Positions 1 through 9,074 of a DNA stretch of 64,000 bases are shown here, piece by piece; the stretch's first letter is position 1, and the number at the start of each line of letters is the position of its first letter. The position numbers and the translations under genes are program-made. The notes under the pieces were generated by a model, which had not been told where the DNA came from, ran no database searches, and worked only from the letters and a program-made list of their open reading frames with translations. The stretch comes from Acidimicrobiales bacterium. Its GTDB lineage: Bacteria > Actinomycetota > Acidimicrobiia > Acidimicrobiales > SZUA-35. The stretch is from assembly GCA_041394285.1 (NCBI GenBank), contig JAWKIL010000013.1, positions 66,089-130,088 on the forward strand, read 5' to 3'.

Positions 1-178
1 GTGCGAGGCTCCTTCTTCTCTTGTCCGTGCCGTTCCACTTACGCATGCTACAGCGTGTACCTGGCCCGCTATCCAAGGCGCCAACGACCAACGAGTCCAC
101 CGCGCTAACCGGCGTTACGCCCTGGTCGACCGCCCGATATCGGCGGAACGGCCTAGCCGGGCCGATGGGCGCCGAGTC

Positions 179-691
179 GTGACCGATCTCAGACGTGCCG
201 TTCGACGCCGAAGTGGCCCGGCCGAATCGGTGGAGAGCACGAAGCACGCTGACTTCGGCCGCTCCCAAGGACTTCGCAAGCGGCTTTACGATGAGCCGAT
301 GAGACACGCCGTGGCACGCCGGGCGCTGATCGTGCCGCTAGTTGTGGTCGCAGCGCTTCTGTGGATCGCTCTCCCGAGTTTCGCTGCCACAGGACTTGCC
401 CTCGATCACCCCGCATGGTCCAGCCCCGACGTCGACCCTCCATCCGGTCCGTTGGCGGTCGATGGAACCTCTTGGTGGCCACCTGGTCATCGCTACGTGT
501 GGACCGGCCAGAGCACCGGCAGCACAATCGAGAGAGTCGACCCCTGGGGCGCACCGAGCGTCGGCCATGCGTGGACCGCCGGAGTCACCGCTGTTGCCGG
601 CTTCCTCGGAACCTGGCTCTGGCGAGGATTTCGCCCGTTTCCCAGGCTCAAGCTGCCCGACCGTACCGACTATCACCAGTGGAGCGAGTAA
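179..691 (+). CDS. hypothetical protein with hydrophobic segments
   Basis: 170-aa ORF with hydrophobic stretches (LIVPLVVVAALLWIALPSFAA, VTAVAGFLGTWLW). No family recognised. Lies in the lower-GC left end. Confidence 0.3.
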   Translation: MTDLRRAVRRRSGPAESVESTKHADFGRSQGLRKRLYDEPMRHAVARRALIVPLVVVAALLWIALPSFAATGLALDHPAWSSPDVDPPSGPLAVDGTSWWPPGHRYVWTGQSTGSTIERVDPWGAPSVGHAWTAGVTAVAGFLGTWLWRGFRPFPRLKLPDRTDYHQWSE

Positions 692-909
692 CCGGCCTCT
701 TGTTCACGCGTGGTTGGACCACCCGGTATCGACGCCACTCGCCGCACGAGATCGGCGGGTGCCCGAGTCGGAACTGATCCCCAGCACGAGGGTCGTGCCG
801 ATCCCGGACGCTCCTCGTGGACGGCTCACCCACGTGCAGCTGCGACCGCAATGAACCTCACAACTGGGTAGCAGGTTCGGGTGTGATCACCACCCGAGTG
901 CACAACCAG

Positions 910-1557
910 CTAATCCAACTTGAATGTCACTCTCACCGTCGCTGTAACCGCTTGGAGACCGGCCTCGATAGCCCCCGGCCCTGACTGCATCCTGACGACC
1001 GGCGAGCCCGAGTCGTCGGTGGCCGACAGCACTTGCCCCAGCCTGACACCGAGCGCCGTAGCCATTTGCTCGGCCTGTGTCTTGGCGTTGCGGATCGCGT
1101 CTTCTCGGGCCGAGGCGTAGAGCCCGCTGGAATCTCGGACAGTGGCGCCGCCGGATTGCAGCGTGAACCCCTCACCGACCGCCGCAGCGGCCGAGTCAAT
1201 CAGCGGACCTGCCGAGGCAATGGGCACGGTCACAGCGACCGAACTGGCCGCTACATGCCTCGCCTCCAGAACCCCCGACGGAAAGGCATGGCTATGGTCG
1301 AGGTGCACACTGAGCGCGGCCGTTCGAATGTCGGTGTCCGGCACGCCTGCTGAGCGGATCGTCGTCATCAGTAGCTCTGACTTGGCGATCATCTGTCCCC
1401 AAGCGCCGCCCGGCGACGTATCAGCCACGTTGACACCGAACAATAAATGCATGCTGTCGGGTGGTCCGCTCGCAAGGCCAGTCCCTCGGACTGTGAGCGT
1501 TCGGCGCTGGCGATCCAATCCGCTGTCGGGAAACTCGCCTCCACCGTCGTCAGTCAT
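910..1557 (-). CDS. SIMPL (DUF541) domain protein
   Basis: 215-aa ORF. Overall pattern (LTVRGTG... AREDAIRNAKTQAEQMATALGVRLGQVLS... VTATVRVTFKLD) resembles SIMPL / 26-kDa periplasmic immunogenic protein family. Confidence 0.65.
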   Translation of the reverse strand: MTDDGGGEFPDSGLDRQRRTLTVRGTGLASGPPDSMHLLFGVNVADTSPGGAWGQMIAKSELLMTTIRSAGVPDTDIRTAALSVHLDHSHAFPSGVLEARHVAASSVAVTVPIASAGPLIDSAAAAVGEGFTLQSGGATVRDSSGLYASAREDAIRNAKTQAEQMATALGVRLGQVLSATDDSGSPVVRMQSGPGAIEAGLQAVTATVRVTFKLD

Positions 1558-1780
1558 GAACGGATGGTAGTGCTGAGCTTCTGCTCGACGGCGTCACCAG
1601 AACCCTGCCGCCCCCGCGGCGCCCACCACGCGGTATCCGGCGTTCACGCGCGACTAGGCGGAGCGGTAATCTCCGACGGTGGCTCTCTCGCTGTGAGCAA
1701 GCGTGGCAGCGACCCCACCTTGCCGCTGCACACGCGATCCGAGCGGGAACCAGAGTCAGGAGGTGACCGTCCAAGCTGTG

Positions 1781-2158
1781 ATGCGACTATCTCTCGCCCT
1801 TCCGACCTTGACTGCCGGTTTGATGCTGGCCGTGGGCTGCACCGACGCTCGTCAAGCCTCACCACCAGCCACTGGGACACCTACCTCAACGTCACCGGCA
1901 CCGGTGCCCAGCGCTCGGTCCGGCCGACTACCGGACCCGATCGATCCCGACTCGTTTGCCGACACGACTCCGGCCAACCCAGCCCAATTGCCTCAACTCG
2001 TTGGGCTCACTGAGGACGAGGCCCGCGAATGGGCCGAGCTTTCTGGCTTCACACTCGTCAACCGGGCCGACGCCTATCGGACTATGTTCGCACCGACCCA
2101 GCGCATCCTCGTGTACACCGATGAGAACGGGATCGTGACCAGCGCCACCGCAAGCTGA
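1781..2158 (+). CDS. putative lipoprotein
   Basis: ATG at 1781 is preceded by AGGAGG (1758-1763). Signal peptide with lipobox MRLSLALPTLTAGLMLAVGC, then a Pro/Thr/Ser linker and a small C-terminal domain. The ORF track starts at 1703, but the internal start fits better. Confidence 0.55.
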   Translation: MRLSLALPTLTAGLMLAVGCTDARQASPPATGTPTSTSPAPVPSARSGRLPDPIDPDSFADTTPANPAQLPQLVGLTEDEAREWAELSGFTLVNRADAYRTMFAPTQRILVYTDENGIVTSATAS

Positions 2159-2278
2159 CACCCCGAGGGAGTCCCGGCCCCGGACGGGTGGCACGCCCGG
2201 TATCGACGTGCCGGCCGGACGCGGTCGGCGAGGTCAAATTGCAGTACGGGGAGCGGCCGGCCGCTGCAGCTCGTACTC

Positions 2279-2749
2279 TTGCCACCGAATCAGCCATCGG
2301 GGGTTCCAGTTGTTCGAAACCTTCACAGATCGCGCCAGACGGCAGTGGTGCTGGCGCAAGAAGAGGCCCGGTTCCTCGACCACGACCACATTGGCACTGC
2401 GCATCTCCTCCTCGGCGTCATCCACGAGGAGTCCTACGCAGCGACGGCACTCGGATCGGTCCTTCCGACGCTGCAAGACGGGCGGGACATGGTAAGAGAG
2501 AGCATCGGCCAGACCGGCGGCTCACCAAGCGGCCACCTACCGTTCACACCGGAAGCTAAGCGGACTCTTGAGCTGTCACTTCTGGAAGCCTCTCGGCTTG
2601 GCCACAGCAACGTCGGCCCTGAGCACATTCTCCTCGGTCTGCTAGACGAGGAAGGCGGTGCCGCCTTACGCATCCTGGTTCAGTTGGGCGCCGACCCGTC
2701 CAGCGTCCAGAGCGATGTCATTGAAGCGCTGTCAGGCCACGAGGATTGA
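2279..2749 (+). CDS. Clp N-terminal (ClpC N-domain repeat) protein; 5' end appears frameshifted
   Basis: Strong resemblance to the ClpC N-domain (AVVLAQEEARFLDHDHIGTAHLLLG ... GHLPFTPEAKRTLELSLLEASRLGHSNVGPEHILLGLL). The canonical first helix (L)FETFTDRAR is encoded from TTG 2310 in a different frame. Confidence 0.7.
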   Translation: MPPNQPSGVPVVRNLHRSRQTAVVLAQEEARFLDHDHIGTAHLLLGVIHEESYAATALGSVLPTLQDGRDMVRESIGQTGGSPSGHLPFTPEAKRTLELSLLEASRLGHSNVGPEHILLGLLDEEGGAALRILVQLGADPSSVQSDVIEALSGHED

Positions 2750-3106
2750 TGGCACTCCGGCAGTAGACCCCCCTCCCAGCGGCGGCAGCAGACACTCGTC
2801 ACCCCAGCTCGCGAGCGCGCTAACCGGCGATATGCGTGCCCGAGAAGCACGGAATTGCGAGCGCTGTCGGAGTACGTGATCAGCTCGTCAGCGACTGGAA
2901 GGGCCAAGGCTCAATCTGGAGGTAGCGCGCCTACGGACGTACTGCGCTCAAGGCCCAGCATCCGCATGGCCGTCCCGATCTCCGGGTTCCGGCGGCGGTG
3001 GGATCACTGCGCCCACCTCTGCCTGTATCTGTCACCTTGCCGGGTCCTTGGGTCCTGGCGGCACGGTCCAGGCACGGCGTGCCCTCGCCTGCAAGGCTGA
3101 GTAGGG

Positions 3107-3554
3107 ATGGCTCTTAGACGGGTCGCCCTGGGTGCCGGCGTCGGTGGTCTGGCGGCGTACATGTTGCGCGGGGGCCCGAAGCTCCCCCCGGACATCGACG
3201 CGATCGTCGAACGTGTCTCTCGCAGCGACCTGAGTCACGTCGTCGCGGGCGTGAGCGGGTTCGCCGATTCCAGCGGTGTGCGCATCTGGTACGAGTGCAT
3301 CCCGCCCTCCGACGTTCAGAGAGGTGTCGTGCTGTTGAACTCATCGATGGCTGCCGACGCACTGTTCTGGCCGCCGGGCTTCATTCGGACCTTGACCAGG
3401 GCCGGATATCGCGTGATCCGATACGACCAGCGCGGTACTGGCGCGTCGGATTGGATGGAGAGCTGGTCCAGAAAGGCTCCCTACTCGATCGTTGAGATGG
3501 CTGAGGACGCAGTGGCCGTCCTGGATGCTGTAGAGGCGGAGAGAGCCCACCTAG
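3107..3554 (+). pseudogene. alpha/beta hydrolase, N-terminal fragment (interrupted by IS)
   Basis: RIWYECIPP...VVLLNSSMAADALFW...RVIRYDQRGTGASD...AHL, then the IS end. Joins in frame with 5280..5855 to restore the AHLVGFSLGG nucleophile elbow. Confidence 0.85.
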
Positions 3555-3569
3555 GAGACTGCTGAGCAA
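3555..3569. repeat. IS terminal inverted repeat (left)
   Basis: GAGACTGCTGAGCAA is the exact reverse complement of 5262-5276. Confidence 0.85.
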
Positions 3570-3678
3570 GGCGCTTGTCGTGCGCTGGGAGGGCGGGGGC
3601 GCCGGTGGTGGGCTCGGTGTCGTGGTGGACGTCGATCAACGGCGGCCGCCGGCGGGGTGGCCTCCCGGGGGTTGCCGG

Positions 3679-5250
3679 TCAGGCGATAGTCCAGCCGGTG
3701 GGGGTGTGGGTGAGGCCGAGCTTGATGAGCCTGGCGAGGTCGATGGCAGCGGCTCGGTGAGCGAGCCAGAGCCGGTTGCGTTCGATGCCTCGGTAGCGGA
3801 GCCGGCGGTTGGCCCCCCGGACCATCCAGGCGATGCTTCGTTCGACCATCGGGCGGTGTCGCTGGTAGGGGCCGGTGAACTCCTCGGTGTCGGCGAAGGC
3901 CCGGGCGGTGGCGAGGAGGTCGTGGTGGGGGTGCAGGGTGATGACCCGCCCGCCGGTGGCGGTGGTGCACCAGGATCGCAGGACACATCCCGCGCAGTTG
4001 GTGGTGAACCGGGCGGCCCGGGCGGGGGTGATGGTGACGGTCACCCCGGCGGGACACGTCGCGGTGCCGGCCGTGGTGTCGATGTCGAAGTCGTCCAACG
4101 TGAACCCACCGTCGACCGCTGCTCGCAGAGGCGGGGGCTTGATCACCGCCTGCATGTTCCGCTCCTGCAGGTGGGCTCGGAACTCGCCGGTGCCGTAGGC
4201 GGAGTCGCCGAGCACGACCGTGCCCTCGGGTTCGCCCTCGATCAGGTCGGGGGCGGCTTCGGCGTCGCCGACGTTGCCGGCGGTCAGGTCGATGTCGGTG
4301 ATCAGGCCGGTGCCGGGCTCGACCGCCACGTGAGCCTTGTAGCCATCCCGATACGAGTGCTGGGTCTTGTGCACGTGCCGGGATTCCGGGTCGACGGTGG
4401 AAACGACCCGGTCAGGCGCGGTGCCCCGGGTGATCCGCCACTGCCCCGGCCCGTCACCCGGCTCCACGTCCTGGCCGGCCACGAGAGCCAGCAACGCCAC
4501 CGCCTCAGCCTGCACCGCCGTCAGGACCAGCCCGTCGGCCTGGAGGTTCTCGACCGCCCAGACCAGCTCGTTGGCGTCGTCGACCAGTTCGGACACGACC
4601 CGGTCGATGTCGGCGGGGTCGTCCCAATCGACCGGGGGCCGCCCGCCTTCCAAGTTGTGCTCACGGACCCACACCGAAGCCAGGTCGGGAATGAGTTTGC
4701 GGACCCGGCGGATCTGGGTGACCAGCATCGTGATCGTGTCCTGCCGCTGCACCGCGTCGTCCAGGACGGTTGAGTCCAACACCCGCCGGTTGCGGCCGGT
4801 GATCACCCCGGTCTCGGCCACCACTGCTCGCACGACGTTGAAGATCCGCTGCGGGTCCTTCGATGCCCGGAGCTTGTTGCGCCACAAGGTGAGCACCGTC
4901 GGGTGGAACCCCTCGTCGGTCAACGCCAACCCGGCCGCTGCCTTCCAGGCGATGTCCCGTTCCAGGGCCCGGACCGCGTCCCGGTCGGACTTGGCCTCCA
5001 AGGCCTGGAGGACCATCACCGTGGCCACCACGTCGGCCGGGACTGACGGGCGGCCCCGGCCGGAGGGGAACAGATCAGCGAACATCTCATCGGGGAACAG
5101 GGACCGGCGGTGAGCAGCGAGCAGGGCATGCACCGAGCCCGGCCCCAGCAGATGGCCACACAGGGCCGCAGCGTCGAGTAGTTCACGATCCGGGCGAGAC
5201 GAACCTTGCATCCCCCCATTCTTTTCGATCCCCAACCGAAACGCGAGCAC
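3679..5250 (-). CDS. IS1182-family-like DDE transposase
   Basis: 523-aa ORF. N-terminal DUF772-like block (GRPSVPADVVATVMVLQALEAKSDRDAVRALERDIAWKAAAGL) and C-terminal DDE region (VLGDSAYGTGEFR ... RPMVERSIAWM). The start may instead be the ATG at 5211, which is preceded by GGGGGG. Confidence 0.9.
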   Translation of the reverse strand: MLAFRLGIEKNGGMQGSSRPDRELLDAAALCGHLLGPGSVHALLAAHRRSLFPDEMFADLFPSGRGRPSVPADVVATVMVLQALEAKSDRDAVRALERDIAWKAAAGLALTDEGFHPTVLTLWRNKLRASKDPQRIFNVVRAVVAETGVITGRNRRVLDSTVLDDAVQRQDTITMLVTQIRRVRKLIPDLASVWVREHNLEGGRPPVDWDDPADIDRVVSELVDDANELVWAVENLQADGLVLTAVQAEAVALLALVAGQDVEPGDGPGQWRITRGTAPDRVVSTVDPESRHVHKTQHSYRDGYKAHVAVEPGTGLITDIDLTAGNVGDAEAAPDLIEGEPEGTVVLGDSAYGTGEFRAHLQERNMQAVIKPPPLRAAVDGGFTLDDFDIDTTAGTATCPAGVTVTITPARAARFTTNCAGCVLRSWCTTATGGRVITLHPHHDLLATARAFADTEEFTGPYQRHRPMVERSIAWMVRGANRRLRYRGIERNRLWLAHRAAAIDLARLIKLGLTHTPTGWTIA

Positions 5251-5261
5251 CCGCCCCCAGA

Positions 5262-5276
5262 TTGCTCAGCAGTCTC
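5262..5276. repeat. IS terminal inverted repeat (right)
   Basis: TTGCTCAGCAGTCTC is the exact reverse complement of 3555-3569. Confidence 0.85.
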
Positions 5277-5855
5277 CTAGTCGGATTCTCGCTGGGCGGA
5301 TTCGTCGCCCAGGAAATGGCGATCGCCTACCCGGACCGGGTCCGATCGCTGACCCTGATGTCGACCGCAGCCGATCCCACCGACAGCTCCTTGCCGGGGC
5401 CGCGACTCGGCTGGCTCGTCCGCTCCACACTCGGTGAGCTGCCGTTGCTGCGCTACCGGCTCCGAAGCGGTGAGCAGAACACCATGAAGGAGCGCATCGC
5501 GCGATGGATCGCCTTCTGCGGGCAAGACAACCTCGACATCGGCGACCTTGCTGAAGTGGTGTTGTACGACCTACGTGAACGCCGCGGAGTGAACCTCCGA
5601 GCATTGATCCAACACCAAGCCGCCGTCGCCGCGACCCGCTCCCGCTACCTGCACCTGGTGGCGCTCACCGCTCCCACCCTGGTTGTCCACGGCACAGCCG
5701 ACCCACTCATACCCGTCGACCACGGCGAGAAGCTCTCCGAACTCATCCCGGGAGCGCAGCACGTCTGGCTCGAAGGCATCGGCCACCAGTTCCCCTACCC
5801 GGCCAGGTTCGCAGTCGTCGACGCCGTACTTGCGCACCTCGACCTGGCGACATAG
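5277..5855 (+). pseudogene. alpha/beta hydrolase, C-terminal fragment
   Basis: VGFSLGGFVAQEMAIAYPDRVRSLTLMST ... LVVHGTADPLIPVDHG ... GIGHQFP (Ser, Asp and His triad context). The frame continues from 3107..3553 once the IS and one CTAG copy are removed. Confidence 0.85.
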
Positions 5856-6131
5856 TGCCCAGGCCGCTCCCTCGCAGGGGTTCGCGTCATCGCGCCAACC
5901 CGGCGAAACCGCGCCCATCATCGGGTGAGTCGACTCGCCGCCGGCCTTGGACCAACAGGCGCTCCTGCATATCGGCCCATACGAACGTCTCGCCTCCACG
6001 GCCGGACCGCCCGGTATCGCCAGGCAGAAAGCCGCTCGGCTTCCGGCATTCATGCTCGGGTGGAGTGCGCGGTAACGCCGAGGTCGAGTTGTGACCGGGG
6101 TAGCACCCGCTGGCGGCGGCAGACTCTGCAG

Positions 6132-6533
6132 ATGCGGAAGCAATACCACTTCTGGCCCAGTGAACACGGTGGTCTCGACGCCTGGGACGTCGACCGACTG
6201 ATTGAGCTGTCGAGCGGTCTACCTGTCGTCGAGATGGACGTCAGGTCGATTGCCGAGATCGACACCGTCTACTGGTTCGCTGGCGACCTGGAGGTGGCAA
6301 CGGTCCGGCGGATCGTGGACCACGTCCGGCTCATCCTGGATGTCGATCGGAGCTACCCGATCATCCTCGGCTTCGACGGTCGCGTGATGGACGGGATGCA
6401 CCGGGTAGCGCGAGCAATGCTGGAAGGCCGACCCACAATCTCTGCCGTCCAGTTCGTTACCAACCCGGCACCCGACTTTCTCAACTGCCGACCGAGCGAT
6501 CTGCCCTACGACGACCAACCGCGTCCTGGTTGA
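6132..6533 (+). CDS. ParB/sulfiredoxin-like domain protein (hypothetical)
   Basis: ATG at 6132 (MRKQYHFW...). The motif ILGFDGRVMDGMHRVARAMLEG resembles the DGxHR core of ParB N-terminal-like domains. The upstream part of the 5925 ORF looks non-coding. Confidence 0.45.
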   Translation: MRKQYHFWPSEHGGLDAWDVDRLIELSSGLPVVEMDVRSIAEIDTVYWFAGDLEVATVRRIVDHVRLILDVDRSYPIILGFDGRVMDGMHRVARAMLEGRPTISAVQFVTNPAPDFLNCRPSDLPYDDQPRPG

Positions 6534-7106
6534 CGCGAGGATCTCGGCCACGCGCTAACCGGCCGAACTGGCCTGGACGACCCGCTCGGTATCGACGGCG
6601 GCGGCCGCACGGGATCGGCAGGCATCCGAGCCGGGCGTGATCCCGAGCGCCAGTCAGGCCTGTGGTCGCTGGATCTGGATCCGCCGGTAGGACATCGTTC
6701 AGGTCGAGGTCGCTCGTGAAGCGTGAGGCCGTCCACGACGATCGCTCTCGGCGCCAACTCTCTGCCTTGGGAGGCAACCCCCAACGAGCCCGACGGCACG
6801 GCGCGGTGCTGCATCACACCCCCGGGAGGCGCAATGGCGTCGTTGCGTCCCAAGCTCAACCATGCTGCGGCGAATGTAGCGAGCACGTCGGCCGCCTCGT
6901 CGTCGCGCCAACCCTGCACTTCCGCCAGGGCAGCGTTCCAATCTCGGGTTCGGCGGAACTGCTCGGACAACACTCGTGCACGCTCGCGATCCCGGGCGGT
7001 GACCCGCTCGGGATGAGCGCTCACACGCATTTGCCTTCGCTTCCTCGCAGGCGATCCATGCCGCCAGAGGGCCAGGCGGAACCGCTGGAACTACGTTGGG
7101 ACGCAA

Positions 7107-7781
7107 TCAGGCGGTGCGGGCCAGGTACTGGCGGTGGATGGCCCGGTCGTGGCGGAGCTTGGTGATGATCCGCTGCCGGGTGGGGCCGATCCCCCCGATG
7201 GCCCGGCCGGTGCGGGCGGCGATCTCGGTGTAGGGCAGTTCGGCGTCGAACAGGAACCGCACCATCTCCCGATCCTCGGGGCTGAGGCGGCCCACGGCTT
7301 CCCGCACGGCGTCCCGCTCGTCGTATGACTCCATGACGGCGCTGTCGATCGGCGCCACCCGCCCCTCCACCGGCCGGTCGCTGGGCCGGCACCGGGCCTG
7401 GCGCTGGGCGATGGCCAGCGCCGCCCGGGCGGTGGTGGTGCACAGCCAGCCTCCGATGGCCATCGGGGTGGCGATGGTGGCCGCCGCCCGGGTGAAGGCC
7501 ACCCAGGCGTCCTGGACGGCGTCCTCCACGTCCTGGGGGGTGCGCAGATAGCGGCGGGCGACCCCGGTCATCATCGGGGTGAACCACGTCATCAGCGACC
7601 CCAGGGCCTGGCGGTCGCCGTTCCGGTAGGCGAGCACCGCGGCGCCGGCCGCCACCGGATCGGTCACCCGGGCGGGGGTCGGCCGGTCGGGGATCGAGCA
7701 GGCGGACCGGCAGGTGGCAGGGGCGGGGTGGCGGGGTGAGGGGGACGGGACGGTGGTGCTGTTCCTAGCCATGGTGCCCAT
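7107..7781 (-). CDS. ECF-type RNA polymerase sigma-70 factor
   Basis: Region 2 (ARRYLRTPQDVEDAVQDAWVAF) and region 4 HTH (LSPEDREMVRFLFDAELPYTEIAARTGRAIGGIGPTRQRIITKLR). Confidence 0.85.
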   Translation of the reverse strand: MGTMARNSTTVPSPSPRHPAPATCRSACSIPDRPTPARVTDPVAAGAAVLAYRNGDRQALGSLMTWFTPMMTGVARRYLRTPQDVEDAVQDAWVAFTRAAATIATPMAIGGWLCTTTARAALAIAQRQARCRPSDRPVEGRVAPIDSAVMESYDERDAVREAVGRLSPEDREMVRFLFDAELPYTEIAARTGRAIGGIGPTRQRIITKLRHDRAIHRQYLARTA

Positions 7782-7852
7782 CGTGCGGGACCCCGGTTTT
7801 CACCCGGTAAACACCGTCGGCGCCCCGGTGTACACCGCCGGCGGAGTCGGCC

Positions 7853-8761
7853 TTGGCGCCGGATCGATCGACGGTCCAGACTTGGGCTTTCATGAGCCCG
7901 CCTCCGGACACCACCGCCGCCTCAGCCAGCGGCGCCGGCACCAGCGGCGCCGGCACCAGCGGCGCCGGCACCAGCGCCGGCTCCCGGCGAGCCCTCAAGC
8001 CGGGCTCGTTCCGCCCGCTCGACCTGAGCACCCTGATGTTCGCCGCCGCCATGACCGGCGTGGCGGTCACCGCCATCATGCGCGATGTGGGCACGCCGGC
8101 CTGGGTGGTGATGGCCGCCTGCACCTTCGCCTTCTCCGGCACCGGGGAGGTGGCCTACGCCTCGGTGATCGCCTCCGGCGGCGGTATGGCCCCCGCCCTC
8201 CTGGCCGCCATGCTGGTGAGCTCCCGGTTCGGGCTCCTGGCGATGAGCATGACCGGCCGCTGGCCCGCCTCCCTGTGGGAGCGGGTGGCGGTGGCCCATT
8301 TCTCGTCCGAGGTGGCGGTGGCGGCCGCCATCGAGCAGCGCCCGGTGGGGCCCGACGCCGCCCGCCGGGCCTTCTGGCAACTCGCCATGGCCACCACCAG
8401 CGGCTGGATCATCGGGTCCGGTATCGGGCTCGTGCTGGGCCAGTTGGGCGACACCCGCCGGATCGGGCTCGACGTCGTGTTCCCCGCCAGCTTCGTGGGC
8501 GCGGTGGTGAACGCCCTGCGCCAACGGGACTCGACGGTGGCCGTGCTGCTGGGTGCCCTGGCCGCCCTGGCTCTCACCCCCGTGCTACCGGCCGGCCTTC
8601 CCGTCCTGTGCGCCGCCGCCGGCTCGCTGGTGGCCCTGACCGTGGAGCCCCGGGGTTGGCGCCGGCCGGCTGTGCCCCTCCAGCCGGCGACCGCCGGCAG
8701 AGCCTCCTGGTCGCCGGCCGACACGATCATCGAGGACCCGTTCGAGGAGGCGGGCTGGTGA
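7853..8761 (+). CDS. azlC: AzlC-family branched-chain amino acid exporter subunit
   Basis: Polytopic membrane protein with an AzlC-like pattern (ACTFAFSGTGEVAYASVIASGG...LLAAMLVSSRFGLLAMS). Followed by an overlapping azlD-like gene. Start uncertain (7853 or 7892). Confidence 0.75.
   Translation: MAPDRSTVQTWAFMSPPPDTTAASASGAGTSGAGTSGAGTSAGSRRALKPGSFRPLDLSTLMFAAAMTGVAVTAIMRDVGTPAWVVMAACTFAFSGTGEVAYASVIASGGGMAPALLAAMLVSSRFGLLAMSMTGRWPASLWERVAVAHFSSEVAVAAAIEQRPVGPDAARRAFWQLAMATTSGWIIGSGIGLVLGQLGDTRRIGLDVVFPASFVGAVVNALRQRDSTVAVLLGALAALALTPVLPAGLPVLCAAAGSLVALTVEPRGWRRPAVPLQPATAGRASWSPADTIIEDPFEEAGW
7927..7971 (+). repeat. 15-bp tandem repeat x3 inside azlC 5' region
   Basis: CAGCGGCGCCGGCAC repeated three times in a row, encoding SGAGT x3. 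Confidence 0.9.
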
Positions 8762-9069
8762 CCCCGATCGGACTGGCCCTGTTCCTGGCCGGGGTGGCCG
8801 CCCTGCGGCTCACCGGTGGCTTCGCCCTGGGCGGCGTGATCGCCGGGAACGACCGGGTCACCCGCATCCTGCTCCTGATGCCGCTGTCGATCGTGGCCGC
8901 CGTGATCGCCGTCCAGACCTTCACCACCAAGGCCGACATCGTGATCGACGCCCGGGTGGCGGGCATGGCGGTGGCGGCCGGCCTCGCCTGGCGCAAGGTG
9001 CCGATGGGAGTGGTGGTGGTGATCGCCGCCTGCGTCACGGCCCTGGTCCGGGCGGCCGGCTGGGGCTGA
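8758..9069 (+). CDS. azlD: AzlD-family small membrane protein
   Basis: GTG at 8758 overlaps the azlC stop (GTGA). The 103-aa hydrophobic protein has typical AzlD size and position. Confidence 0.7.
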   Translation: MTPIGLALFLAGVAALRLTGGFALGGVIAGNDRVTRILLLMPLSIVAAVIAVQTFTTKADIVIDARVAGMAVAAGLAWRKVPMGVVVVIAACVTALVRAAGWG

Positions 9070-9074
9070 CCGGC

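Larger units (their letters stand above)
3555..5276 (-). mobile_element. IS element, IS1182/IS5-superfamily type (1722 bp)
   Basis: Terminal 15-bp perfect inverted repeats GAGACTGCTGAGCAA (3555-3569) / TTGCTCAGCAGTCTC (5262-5276). Flanked by CTAG at 3551-3554 and 5277-5280. Contains a single DDE transposase ORF. Confidence 0.85.

Noticed and set aside
6506-7030. The only sizeable ORF (174 aa, minus) in the 570-nt gap downstream of the ECF sigma gene, considered as an anti-sigma factor.
   Set aside because: There is no HxxxCxxC or TM segment. After about 75 residues the translation becomes Arg/Pro/Ser-rich junk. It was left uncalled, though a short real gene or a decayed one cannot be excluded.
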